From Thecamonas trahens ATCC 50062 (Eukaryota; Protista; Apusomonadida): a stretch of 64,000 nucleotides of DNA. This document shows, piece after piece, positions 1 to 9,884 of the stretch; positions within the stretch are counted from its first letter, which is position 1, and the number at the start of each line of letters is the position of its first letter. The position numbers were made by a program, and so were the translations under genes. Location of the stretch: assembly GCF_000142905.1 (NCBI RefSeq), contig NW_013657629.1, forward strand, positions 222,274-286,273, in the 5' to 3' direction. Below the pieces are notes generated by a model that was given only the letters and a program-made list of their open reading frames with translations, was not told the DNA's origin and did not search any database.

Positions 1-171
1 TTCTCTCTGTTCCCGATCATGCTCCCCCCTCCTGTACCATCCTGTCCTTCAGCTGCAAAACATTTTTTTGCCATCACCCCCCACCCGCCACCCCCCCCCT
101 CCGGCCGACGGTTGGTTGCGCGCCAAACGCATCAAAGGCCAGACAGCGGCGGGCAGTGGGCTAGGGCGGGT

Positions 172-3100
172 ATGGGCAACACCTCACGCCATCAGCAGGG
201 CAAAGGAGGGATGGAGGCATGGGGAGAAAGTAGCGGGAATGTGGGCGGACGTGGGTATCGGTCGGGACAGCCGACGCCGGGATACGTGGACGAGTTGGAG
301 GACAAATACCTTCGGTTGAAGGAGGCCCATTTGGCTCTCAAGGCAACGGCTCATGCTCAGGAGGAGAAGATTCGCAAGATGGCGACCAAGCTCGTGCGGC
401 TCACGTCGGATTTGAAAAAGTATCGTTCGTCGCATGCTTCTGGTCGATCTGCCCAGAGTGAGTCTGCCAATGTCTCCTTTGCTGCTGCGAGGGGTTCGGC
501 TGCTCGCGATGTCGATGCAGAGGCTCTCATTGCCGACTTGCAGGACAACGTCCGCGAGCTCAAGCACAAGAACGAGTCGCTGGCAAAGAAGCTCATCTAC
601 TTCCGCAACCTCAACGCGGCTCCGTCCGGTGGCGCTGGCTCGGCCCGGTCGCGGTCGCGGTACGGATCAGTGTCGGCAAAGACAGACTCGGGCCTTGCCC
701 GGTCGCGGTCGCGGTCGCGCAAGGCCGGTCTGGTGCCTGGCATGCTACCTGAGGGCCCCCGGAGCCGGACGCGGTCGCGCAAGGGAGGCATGCCGCCGCG
801 CCCGCACTCGGTTGGCGGCGCACGGTTCAAGCGGCTCGATGGCGAGGAGAGCGGCGGCGAGGAGAGCGGCGACGACGGGTCGGGCGACCACGGGTGGACG
901 AGAACACGGCACCGTCGTCGGACAAGATGACTGCCGTCATCGCCTTTCTCCGCAACAAGCTCGGTGATGCCGAGTCGGCGCTCGCCAGCCTCGAGTCGCG
1001 CAACTCGGAGCTCGAGGCCGAGCTTCAGTCGACGCGCGACACACTCGAGGCGTCGGCTAACCCGCTGCACACGGCGGCATTGATGCGCAAGGAGCAGGCA
1101 GACGAGATGCAAGTTGTCCGACTCGAGGCCGTGGTCCAGTCGCTCAAGGAGCAGCTGGTGCGGTCGCAGAGCCAGGCGGCCGGCTCGGCGGCACTCCTCG
1201 AGCCGCTCAAGGCCAACCAAGCGGCGCTGATGGCGGAGAACAAGTCGCTTCACGACCAGCTCCGTGCCGAGCGGCTGCGAGCAGGACAGCTCGACTCGCT
1301 GCAGCAGCGGATTTCTGTCCTCGAGGGCGCGCTCTCCGAGGCTGAGGTCATGCTCGCCGACGAGCGCGCGGCCAAGGTGGCGTACGCTGAAGAGAACTCG
1401 CGGCTGCTCTCGTCGTCGGTCTTCACCTCGCTGCAGTCGCAGGGCGAGGCGGCGAAGCTGCTTGCCGATGCCAAGCTTGCCGCCGCGCAAGAGGCGCAGG
1501 CCTCGGCGCTCGGTGAGACAAAGGCACTGCAGGGCCAGGTCTCGGAGCTGACTGCTGCCAACGCCGAGCTGTCGTCGCAGCTGCGCAAGGCCAAGGTCGA
1601 CGGGCTCAAGCGCGAGACCGAGCTCAAGGCCATGGCGGAGCAGCTGGGCGCGTTTACGTCGTCGGGCGTCGACACTGTCGACCTGCAGCGTGCGCTCGCG
1701 CTGGTCAAGGCTAAGAAGGCCGGCGCAGGGACGCTCGGCGGCGCGTCGTCCAAGGTGCTCGACTTTCTGGCGCCGACGGCGCCGCTGGAAGACCAGGAGG
1801 AGACCAACGCCGGGCTCATCCGCGACTTGACCAAGGCCCACGAGATGCTCGAGCTGCAGATGCAGCTCAACAACGAGCTGAAGGCAACCAACGGCGAGCT
1901 GCTCGCCGACATGGCCTCGGTCCGTGCCGACTACGAGGACCAGCTCGCTACATACGCTGCGCAAATTGATGCCAAGAACGCCACCATTGCCAAGCTTGAG
2001 GACCAGCTCGCGTCGTTCCTCTACTCGGCACCGGGCAAGGTGCTCAACCGCCAACTGGAGGAGGCTGGCAGCGCGAGCCAGAACGTACCGCAGCTCCGGG
2101 ACGACGAGAATCTTCTCGAGCTCCACATCGGGCGACTCGATCTTGCGCATGGGGTCACGCTCTCACCCCCGGGCGCCGACCGCGGTACCGGGCGGGTTTT
2201 TGTCGCCTTTGACGTCTACGACTTTGAGACGATGGCGACACACCTCGCGCCGGCAGCCGCACCGGCCTTTGACTACACAGCACGGTATGTGGTCAAGGTC
2301 ACGCCGGGCCTGTTTGAGTGGCTGGCGACGGCGGCGGTGACGCTCGAGGTCTACACGGCAGCCGGGCTCGAGTACGAGCACGTCGGCTCTGCGGTGGTGC
2401 CGCTCGCTGCGCTTGCCGACGATGCGTCTGGCAAGGCAAAGCACCACGCGCTCGAGGTTACAGCGCTGAGCAGCGGCAAGGTTCTGGGCTCGCTGCGGAT
2501 GTCGCTGCGGCTGCTGCGGCCGATGGCGGAGGCGCTCGCGCTCCACCAGAAGCGGCGGTCACTGATGAGCGTGCTCGACCCGGCCAAGGCCGTCCAGAGC
2601 TCTGCGGCGCAAAGCCGGATGCTTGCGCTCGCCACAGCCCGCTCCCTCGATCTCCGGGTCAATGTCCTCTCGCTCCGGCTCAACAAGGCACGTGGAAGCT
2701 CGGCGCAGCCTGTTCTCTACTACCAGCTGTTCAACACCGAGCGGACAGCGCTTCAGCTTGCAGCGCTGGCCGACGCCGACGAGCCTGGCGTCTACCGCAT
2801 CGGAGAGCTCGCCGAGTTTCCGCTCAAGGCCACACCCGAGCTGCACGCCTACCTAGCCGCACGCGAGCTCGAGTTCATCCTTGTCGACGCGGCCGACCCA
2901 CGGCTCTCGTCGTACATCGGGGTGGCTAGCGTTCCGCTCGCCGGCCTTGTTTCGACCGACGCCAGCGGACAGGTTATCCTTGGCTCGTACGCGCTCTACT
3001 CAAGCGAGGGCGTCGCGATCGGCGAGTTGGCGGTTGACATCCAGTGGGGCGCGCACTACGTGGCACCTCGGGAAGTGGGTGGTGCTGGCAGCAAGCATGC

Positions 3101-3809
3101 TGCGGGGCGGGTCCATGCGGCGCAAAAGGCGGTTCTTGGCGATCGGCTGGCAAGCACGCCGGACAAGGGCGTGAGCGCGGCCGCGTCGACAGTCAAGGGC
3201 CAGACCGAGGCTCGCGGCGACGACGACGACGACGCCGACGTCCTCGACGCACCGTACTTTGACGAGGCCGATCGGTACCATCCCGAGGCTGACGCGGCGC
3301 TGGTAGCGGCTGACGACAAGGTCGTGGTCGAGGTGGGAGGCGTGAGCTTTTGCGACACGCCCGACGCGCTTGGCATTGCCGGCGAGCTCGTCCTCATGTA
3401 CGCCTTCCTCGACGAGTGGGTCGAGGCGCTCCCGGTTGACTCGTCGGTCGATGCGCAGGCGCAGGCGTCGTCGTTTGCCTTTGGCCACTCGCGGGCCTTC
3501 CCGGTCCGGCCGGGCACTTCTGCGGCGGCCGAGCTCGAGGGCGAGTGCTCGCCCGAGATTCTCGGTGATCCGCAGTCTGAGTTTGGCGTCTTTGAGTTTA
3601 CCCTCCTCTCGGTCACATCGCCCGAGGCACAGACGGAGATCGGCCTTGCGGTCATCCCCTTCAATGCCATCATCAATGGCGGTGACGTTCAGGACGTGGA
3701 CCTCGACGTTGTCTCCATCGCCACCGACGCACCCATCGGCACTCTCACCGTCTCTATCACCGCTGCCTCGGTCCTCCGCGGCGCCGCCAAGCGCGCCGCC
3801 TCCACCTAG
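172..3809 (+). CDS. RPGRIP1L: RPGRIP1L/fantom (MKS5) ciliary transition-zone protein: coiled coil + C2 domains; one frameshift at ~892-894
   Basis: N-terminal DELEDKYLRLKEAHLALKATAHAQEEKIRKMATKLVRL matches the RPGRIP1L signature. ORF 894..3809 has a long coiled coil followed by the C2 motif ENLLELHI...FVAFDVYDFETMAT...FDYTARYVVKV. The two ORFs join if one G is added at GGG 892-894. Start could be ATG172 or ATG211. Confidence 0.85.
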
Positions 3810-3933
3810 CCTGTTGGCTGCAGTCACTCCCAGCAACTGGTAGATCTCATCCCGCCCTTTGCGTAAACATCCATTCAAACGTGCGCTGCCACGCGCCACT
3901 CTTCCCCGATCGTCGTGACATGGTGGTGTCTGC

Positions 3934-3934
<1 letters not shown>

Positions 3935-4004
<70 letters not shown>
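3935..4004. repeat. (GT)n microsatellite, ~35 units
   Basis: Directly visible pure GT run. Confidence 0.97.
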
Positions 4005-4006
<2 letters not shown>

Positions 4007-4078
4007 CTGGTCGGGCTGACATCGGCGACGAGGAATGATAGCGAGTGATGACAAGACTGGGCGCAGCACCAGCACCAC

Positions 4079-4261
4079 ATGACCCGGGTCCACACGGCAG
4101 AGACCTCGTCGACGACCCCGAGCAGCAGCACGTCGGCGACATTGAGTCCTTTCGCATCGTGCGAGCGGACAGGTTCGTCGCCTTTGTCGGAGAGCATGTC
4201 GGCCAGGGAGAGCATGGACCATGCGAGTCCGAGCGATGAGCTGCTGGGTCATGGACATGAG

Positions 4262-4301
<40 letters not shown>

Positions 4302-5053
4302 AGCATGGGCGTAGTGGACGGGAAGGAGGCAGGCAGCGTGTGCGGGAGGGGCACGGCCGTCGGTCTGGCGGGCGGCGGCGGCATCGTCAGTATCGAGCGT
4401 ATGATGATGATGTTGATGATGATGATGGTGGTAGTGGGGATGGTCATGGCCATGGTCGGGCAAGATCGAGAGCGGCCTGGCGGCCGATGGCGGTGGTGTG
4501 GACGCCGTTGCCGTGTATCACCTGCTGTTGTCCGTGCATCGGACATATGGGCATCACAGACTCGGATGGCGCCGTCCATGGTACGGAAAGCAGGGTGTGG
4601 GTGTGATCGCACGCAAGGGGGGGGGGGGGGGGGGTTGATGATGACTCACGGGGACGGAATGGGGTGCTTCAAGACTTTGCTGGCAACTTCTATGTCAATG
4701 TAGGGCGGCTCTCGTTCGGCGAGCCGCTGATGGAGTGGGTGCTGAAGAGCGAGAAGATGGGAGGCGAGGGGGGGCGATACAGCGAGGCGTACGACGGGGC
4801 GATTGCCGAGGCCGATGCGGTATTTGGCGAGAAGAAGCACCATCTTGTGACGCAGAACTGCCACTCGCACGTGGCTGAGGCGCTGACGGATATGGAGTAC
4901 GGCGGACGGTCATGGGGCATGGTCTCGGCGTGGGCCGGGCTCATGCGCCACGGGCAGTACGTGTCGTGCGGGGCGCGGGCCAAGGTCTGGCTGCCGGCGG
5001 TGGTGGTGTGGGGCGTGGTGGCTGGGGTGGTTGTGGCGATCACGCAGGCGTAG
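4079..5053 (+). CDS. TMEM222: TMEM222/RTE1-like (DUF778) membrane protein with intron 4581-4673; His-Gly repeat N-terminal extension
   Basis: VVWTPLPCITCCCPCIGHMGITDSDGAVH + DFAGNFYV...HHLVTQNCHSHVAEAL is the family signature. GT at 4581, CTCAC branch-like site, and AG at 4672-73 rebuild the GAC codon in frame. Start uncertain. Confidence 0.85.
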
Positions 5054-6509
5054 ACGAGTTGCTGCGTTCAGCGTCGCGGCGGGCGCGGCGTGCGCGTGCA
5101 GAGAGGGTGCGGACGACAAAAGTTTCGACGTCTGCGATGGGATCGATGACTGCGACGCGGCAGGCGAGGCGCGATGTCTCCTCGTGGTAGGTCTCGTCAG
5201 GGGTAGCCTTGAGGACGGCAACAAGCGAGACGAGGACCGACTGCAGGGCCGAGGTCCTGTGGACATCGGCCGCCTCAAACTTGGCGAGGACGTTGGGCAG
5301 ATGCTCCGAGGCGTAGACGTGGGCGTAGCCCTGCGACCAGCGGACAGCCGACTCGTACTTGTCCTCGGCACGCTTGACTTTTGTGGCAAGCTTGGGGTTG
5401 GAGGCGGCGACCGGGGCCGCGTCAGGTCCTGCGGCGAGCTCGGCGGCCTTGGCCTTGGAGAGGGCGGCAGTGTAGGCCTTTTCGGCGGCGGCGACGTCCT
5501 TGGCCAGCAGCTTGGCCTCCTTGCGGTGGGAGTGGAGCTCGCTGACGATGGCGGCGTGCTTAGTGCGGAGGGTGTCGACGAGCTTAGCAACAGCCTTGCA
5601 CGAGGACTCGAGCTGAGCGGTAAACGCGGCGGTGGCACTGGCCTTCTTGCTCATGACGCCGAGCAGGCCATCCCATGCGACAAGGAGCGACGAGTTGCCG
5701 AGCAGCGTCTCACCTTTGAGGCGCTGGACAGCAGCAGCGGCACGGTCTGTGAGCTCGGCCATGCCGCGGGCGTAGGCCTCCTCAAGGGCGCCGTACTGGC
5801 CGAGAAAGGCCCCAAACAGCCTGGTGGCCTCAATCGCGTCGGTAGCGCGACCGGTGACGACGTCGAGCTGGCCACCGAGGGCACGGTACGAGAGATCGAC
5901 GTCGCCGGGCGCGACATCGGCACCGTCGCCGGAGCTTCCGCCGGCGCCGTCGGCCGACCACGAGTCGTCATCAGTCGGCGGGGAGTTAAATCCCGAGTCC
6001 GAGTCCGAGTCGGACGAGTGGTACGGGGCGAGTGTGGCACGCGGCGACGAGCCGCTCGACGCCCGGCCCATGCTCTGCAGCTTGAACTCGGTGCCAAGCG
6101 GCAGGGTGGCCGGTGGCTCGCGGGCCATTTGGGCCTCGTACATGTATTCGGTCTGCAGCGGCTGATCGGCCGGCAGCTGGGCGGAGTACACAAAGTCTGC
6201 TTCGGACGGCAGGAGGGTGTCGTCTGACCGTGGATGCCGGGATAGTTGGAGCCCGAGATCGACCAATCCCGGCCGAGGAAATTCAGAGTGTCCGCCCCAC
6301 CAGTTGGTGTCCCCGCCCCCAACCAGCGTGTCCGATAGCAGTCGGTGTCCGTCCGCCAGCCCAGCCCGTCCACACCCCGTCCGTCCCGTGCCCCGTGAGT
6401 CCCCTTCCCCTTCCCCTTCCCCTCCCCCCTCCCTTCCCTCCCCCCCCCCCCCCCCCTCAATCTCCTTGGACATACCCGTGTCAAAGCCACCGGTGTCAAT
6501 CCCGCTCAT
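5040..6509 (-). CDS. F-BAR (FCH) domain protein
   Basis: LFGAFLGQYGALEEAYARGMAEL...SSLLVAWDGLL...HLPNVLAKFEAADVHRTSALQSVL follows the F-BAR helical pattern. Probable intron from GTATGT donor at 6475 (minus strand); 5' structure uncertain. Confidence 0.7.
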   Translation of the reverse strand: MSGIDTGGFDTGMSKEIEGGGGGEGREGGGEGEGEGDSRGTGRTGCGRAGLADGHRLLSDTLVGGGDTNWWGGHSEFPRPGLVDLGLQLSRHPRSDDTLLPSEADFVYSAQLPADQPLQTEYMYEAQMAREPPATLPLGTEFKLQSMGRASSGSSPRATLAPYHSSDSDSDSGFNSPPTDDDSWSADGAGGSSGDGADVAPGDVDLSYRALGGQLDVVTGRATDAIEATRLFGAFLGQYGALEEAYARGMAELTDRAAAAVQRLKGETLLGNSSLLVAWDGLLGVMSKKASATAAFTAQLESSCKAVAKLVDTLRTKHAAIVSELHSHRKEAKLLAKDVAAAEKAYTAALSKAKAAELAAGPDAAPVAASNPKLATKVKRAEDKYESAVRWSQGYAHVYASEHLPNVLAKFEAADVHRTSALQSVLVSLVAVLKATPDETYHEETSRLACRVAVIDPIADVETFVVRTLSARARRARRDAERSNSSTPA

Positions 6510-6649
6510 GTCTCTGGCCTCTGCGTGCGGTGTCCCTCCCTCCCAGGCCTGTGACCTGCCACCGCACAGCCAATGCCTGGCACATGACCTGTGCCTGACC
6601 GACCACACGCCTGATCCGACTGTTCACTCGATCTTAGGTGGGTATGTCC

Positions 6650-7050
6650 GAGCTGATTGGGCTCGATCCGAGGTGGGGCTGGTATGAGCTGTTTGGGCTC
6701 GATCCGAGGTGGGGCTGGTATGAGCTGATTGGGCTCGATCCGAGGTGGGGCTGGTATGAGCTGATTGGGCTCGATCCGAGGTGGGGCTGGTATGAGCTGA
6801 TTGGGCTCGATCCGAGGTGGGGCTGGTATGAGCTGATTGGGCTCGATCCGAGGTGGGGCTGGTATGAGCTGTTTGGGCTCGATCCGAGGTGGGGCTGGTA
6901 TGAGCTGATTGGGCTCGATCCGAGGTGGGGCTGGTATGAGCTGATTGAGCTCGATCCGAGGTGGGGCTGGTATGAGCTGATTGGGCTCGATCCGAGGTGG
7001 GGCTGGTATGAGCTGTTTGGGCTCGATCCGAGGTGGGGCTGGTATGAGCT
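6650..7050. repeat. Tandem array, 11 x 36 bp (GAGCTGATTGGGCTCGATCCGAGGTGGGGCTGGTAT)
   Basis: Counted from the sequence and the LIGLDPRWGWYE translation. Variants: GTTT in units 2, 7, 11; G>A in unit 9. No spacers. Confidence 0.97.
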
Positions 7051-7247
7051 GAGCGAGTTGAGCGATCGACACTGGTTTGGGGGAGGGCTGATCGCAGGTG
7101 GTTGGGGTGCAGGGGGTGGGGCTGATCAAGTGCGGCTGATGACAATCAAACCGACTGGGCACAACGGCGGCGTAATCATCACATGGCTGCGGTGGGTGGG
7201 CCTGCAGGCTAACGCTGTCGGCGGTACGCTGGCGTCGTTTACTGTGA

Positions 7248-8276
7248 TCAGCCCCAGTAGTTGTAGAACTTGTCGCCGTACCGGTTGACGTCTTCAGCCT
7301 TGGCCTGCAGCGGCGTCGGCTCGGCGACAACACCCGAGGCGGCAGCGGCAGCGGCAGCAGCCTTCTTCTCGGCCAGCTCTGTGCTGAGCCAGGCCTCGAT
7401 GAGCTGGAGGAGCGGCGATGCGCCAAAAGACCGCCGACCCGAGACCGGAACAGCGCGGGCGAGCGTCTCAAGCTCCTCGCATTCGCCGAGGTCGACAAAG
7501 CGGCGGACGGCGCCGTTGCAGAGATGGACAACGTGGGTGGCCCAGTCGCCAAGGCCGTCAAAGATGTGTGTGGCGTAGACCACGGTGGCACCGCGGGTCT
7601 CGGTCTGATGCCGGAGCCAGGCCATGAGGTCGTGCCGAACAAGGACGTCGAGATCGACGGTGACTTCGTCGAGGAGGAGGAGCGTCCACGGCTTGAGCAG
7701 GCCGAGCAGGAGCTGGACCCGCCGACGCTGGCCGTCAGACACCTTGTGCATCCGCCATGTCGGCTCGACGCCGAGCAGAGCCAGCAGCTCATCACGGCGA
7801 TCCGGGTACGTGTTGCCGCCCATGGAGACGATGAGATCCGCCACGACAACGTCCTTCCGCACCACAGGGTTGTGCGCCCACTCGGCACCGAGGAAGGTCA
7901 GCCCACGCGGAGTGGCCCGGTACGCATCCTTGCCCAGAACCACCACCGGATGCTTGACCAGATGCTTGCCGGCCAAGATCCGCAGCAGCGTCGTCTTGCC
8001 CGTCCCGTTCAGCCCGACAAGCAGGGTTCGGGTGCCCGGGGCAAAGTCGAGCGAGACGTCAAACAGGACCTCTTTCTCCCCACCATAGTCATACGACAGC
8101 TCCTCCACATGAACCGCAGCGTCCATCGCCAACGACGACTCCGCTGCCTTTGCATCGGTCATCTCCATGGCCATCGCCTCGACACCATCGCCAGCGCCGC
8201 CGTTACCCGCACCTTGGCTGGCATTCCCACCAGCCATCACCACCTCCATATCACTCGCGCCTGTACTCGCCGCCAT
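7248..8276 (-). CDS. CAF16: Soluble ABC ATPase of the CAF16/ABCI family
   Basis: Walker A GLNGTGKTT, degenerate signature SDGQRRRVQL, Walker B LLLDEVTVDLDVLVR and YATHIFDGL are typical of CAF16. No TM domain. Confidence 0.88.
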   Translation of the reverse strand: MAASTGASDMEVVMAGGNASQGAGNGGAGDGVEAMAMEMTDAKAAESSLAMDAAVHVEELSYDYGGEKEVLFDVSLDFAPGTRTLLVGLNGTGKTTLLRILAGKHLVKHPVVVLGKDAYRATPRGLTFLGAEWAHNPVVRKDVVVADLIVSMGGNTYPDRRDELLALLGVEPTWRMHKVSDGQRRRVQLLLGLLKPWTLLLLDEVTVDLDVLVRHDLMAWLRHQTETRGATVVYATHIFDGLGDWATHVVHLCNGAVRRFVDLGECEELETLARAVPVSGRRSFGASPLLQLIEAWLSTELAEKKAAAAAAAASGVVAEPTPLQAKAEDVNRYGDKFYNYWG

Positions 8277-9167
8277 CTCTCACTTGCTCCTCTTGTCCCA
8301 GTTACGTGTGTTGACCCGTACACTCGTCGTTGCCCCTCCCTTCCGCTCGCCGCCTTTTGAACCGTAAGCTGAGCCGAGTTGAGCGGAGCAGATTGAGTTG
8401 AGCAGCCGTCACAGCGCTGACGACAGCTGAGCTCAGCCGACCGGCTCCTGCTGGGCCCGACCGCAGGCATACCGATCGCTTCCTCAACCACCACCACCAG
8501 TCATATAGAGAGATAGCATTGGGTGTGGGTAGGCGAGGGATGAGGGGAGTACGGGCCAATGAGGAGGTCGGAGCAGGGCTTGGGCTGCTTCATCTCGGAT
8601 CGCTCAGGCTGAGTCCGGTACGTTTGCCGGCATGAACTGGACTCACATGCCATCATTGATGGCGACTCAGCCCCCCTCCCCCTGTATAGTCGATAACGGC
8701 CTTCTATGGCCGATGCGAATGCCGATGCAGCCGCCGCAGAGCCGCAGAGCCGTTGCAGCCCAGTTGCAGTTGTGATGATGCCATCATGCACCGATCGTTG
8801 GCAAGTCACGCGTCTCCGAGTGACTATGAACAGAGGGTCTTTAGCCCATGCCCTACCACCAGCAACCCCTCTCCCAGCCCCCCCCATCCCTATCCCCGAT
8901 CAATCTCTCCCCACCCATCCCCGATCAAGAAACAATTCCCCACCCCCCCCCCCCCCCCCCTCCCCNNNNNNNNNNNNNNNNNNNNNNNNNNNNNNNNNNN
9001 NNNNNNNNNNNNNNNNNNNNNNNNNNNNNNNNNNNNNNNNNNNNNNNNNNNNNNNNNNNNNNNNNACTACCTCACTCCACCCACTCCCCCCCCCTCCCCC
9101 CCCTCCCCTCCCCCTCCCCTCCCCCTCCCCGCACACAGCCATAGCTGCAATTGCCCCTGGCCGGGGT

Positions 9168-9698
9168 ATGGGAAAGGACACCAGCATGCCGCAGGCGGTG
9201 GGCACAGCCATGTCGCACTCGGTCAGCCTCTCCCAGTCGGCGAGTAGGGCCATGGTCATCGATGGGGCTCTTGCTCATCATCTGGCTGCATTGGGTGGCG
9301 CTGCGGAAGTCTTTGCTGGAAACGCTGCTCTTGCTCCGCTTGCCATGGATACGCCGACTGTCGGTCGTCCCTCCTCCTCCTCCTCCTCCTCCTCCTCCTC
9401 CTCAACCCTGTCCGCTGCATCGGTTGCGTCGTCCACGGCGGCGCATCCTTCTGCTGCATCCTCGTTCATGGCTTCGGTTGTCTCGGACAAGAGCAGCGCG
9501 GTCAACTCATTCTCCCCCATCGTTGACGCTGCTCTGAGGGATCACCTCGCCATCGAGCCTGTCGTGGCCCCCGCTGGCGCCCCCGTCGTCGACATGCTCC
9601 TCGAGTCAGTCCTCCGCAAGCGCAAGCGCAAGATGCGCAAGCACAAGCGCCGCAAGCGCCGTCGCCTCATCCGCCGCAAGACAAAGGCCAATGTCTAA
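9168..9698 (+). CDS. Mitochondrial ribosomal protein mS38 (AURKAIP1/Cox24 C-terminal, DUF1713)-like; 5' part probably upstream across the gap
   Basis: C-terminal LLESVLRKRKRKMRKHKRRKRRR motif. Candidate CACAG acceptor at ~9138 after the N gap. Confidence 0.7.
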   Translation: MGKDTSMPQAVGTAMSHSVSLSQSASRAMVIDGALAHHLAALGGAAEVFAGNAALAPLAMDTPTVGRPSSSSSSSSSSSTLSAASVASSTAAHPSAASSFMASVVSDKSSAVNSFSPIVDAALRDHLAIEPVVAPAGAPVVDMLLESVLRKRKRKMRKHKRRKRRRLIRRKTKANV

Positions 9699-9884
9699 TC
9701 GCCGTTTACATCGCCACTCTCCACCTTCGCCCCTCCCCCCTCCCCCCCTTCCCCCCCCCCCATCTTCTCCTAGGGCGCACCTCATCCCAGGCTCCAAACA
9801 TCGGACCCGATCACGCGACCAGGACTGCAGCTGCTGCAATTGGGCATTCCCGCCCAATAAACCACTTGTCTCCCGCCCTCCGAC

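Noticed and set aside
597-2150. Long antisense ORFs (also 23276-24874, 30876-32387 and others)
   Set aside because: Expected shadows of high-GC3 coding sequence; no recognisable motifs.
6650-7050. CRISPR array (36-bp repeat length)
   Set aside because: Units are head-to-tail with no unique spacers, there are no cas genes, and the context is eukaryotic.
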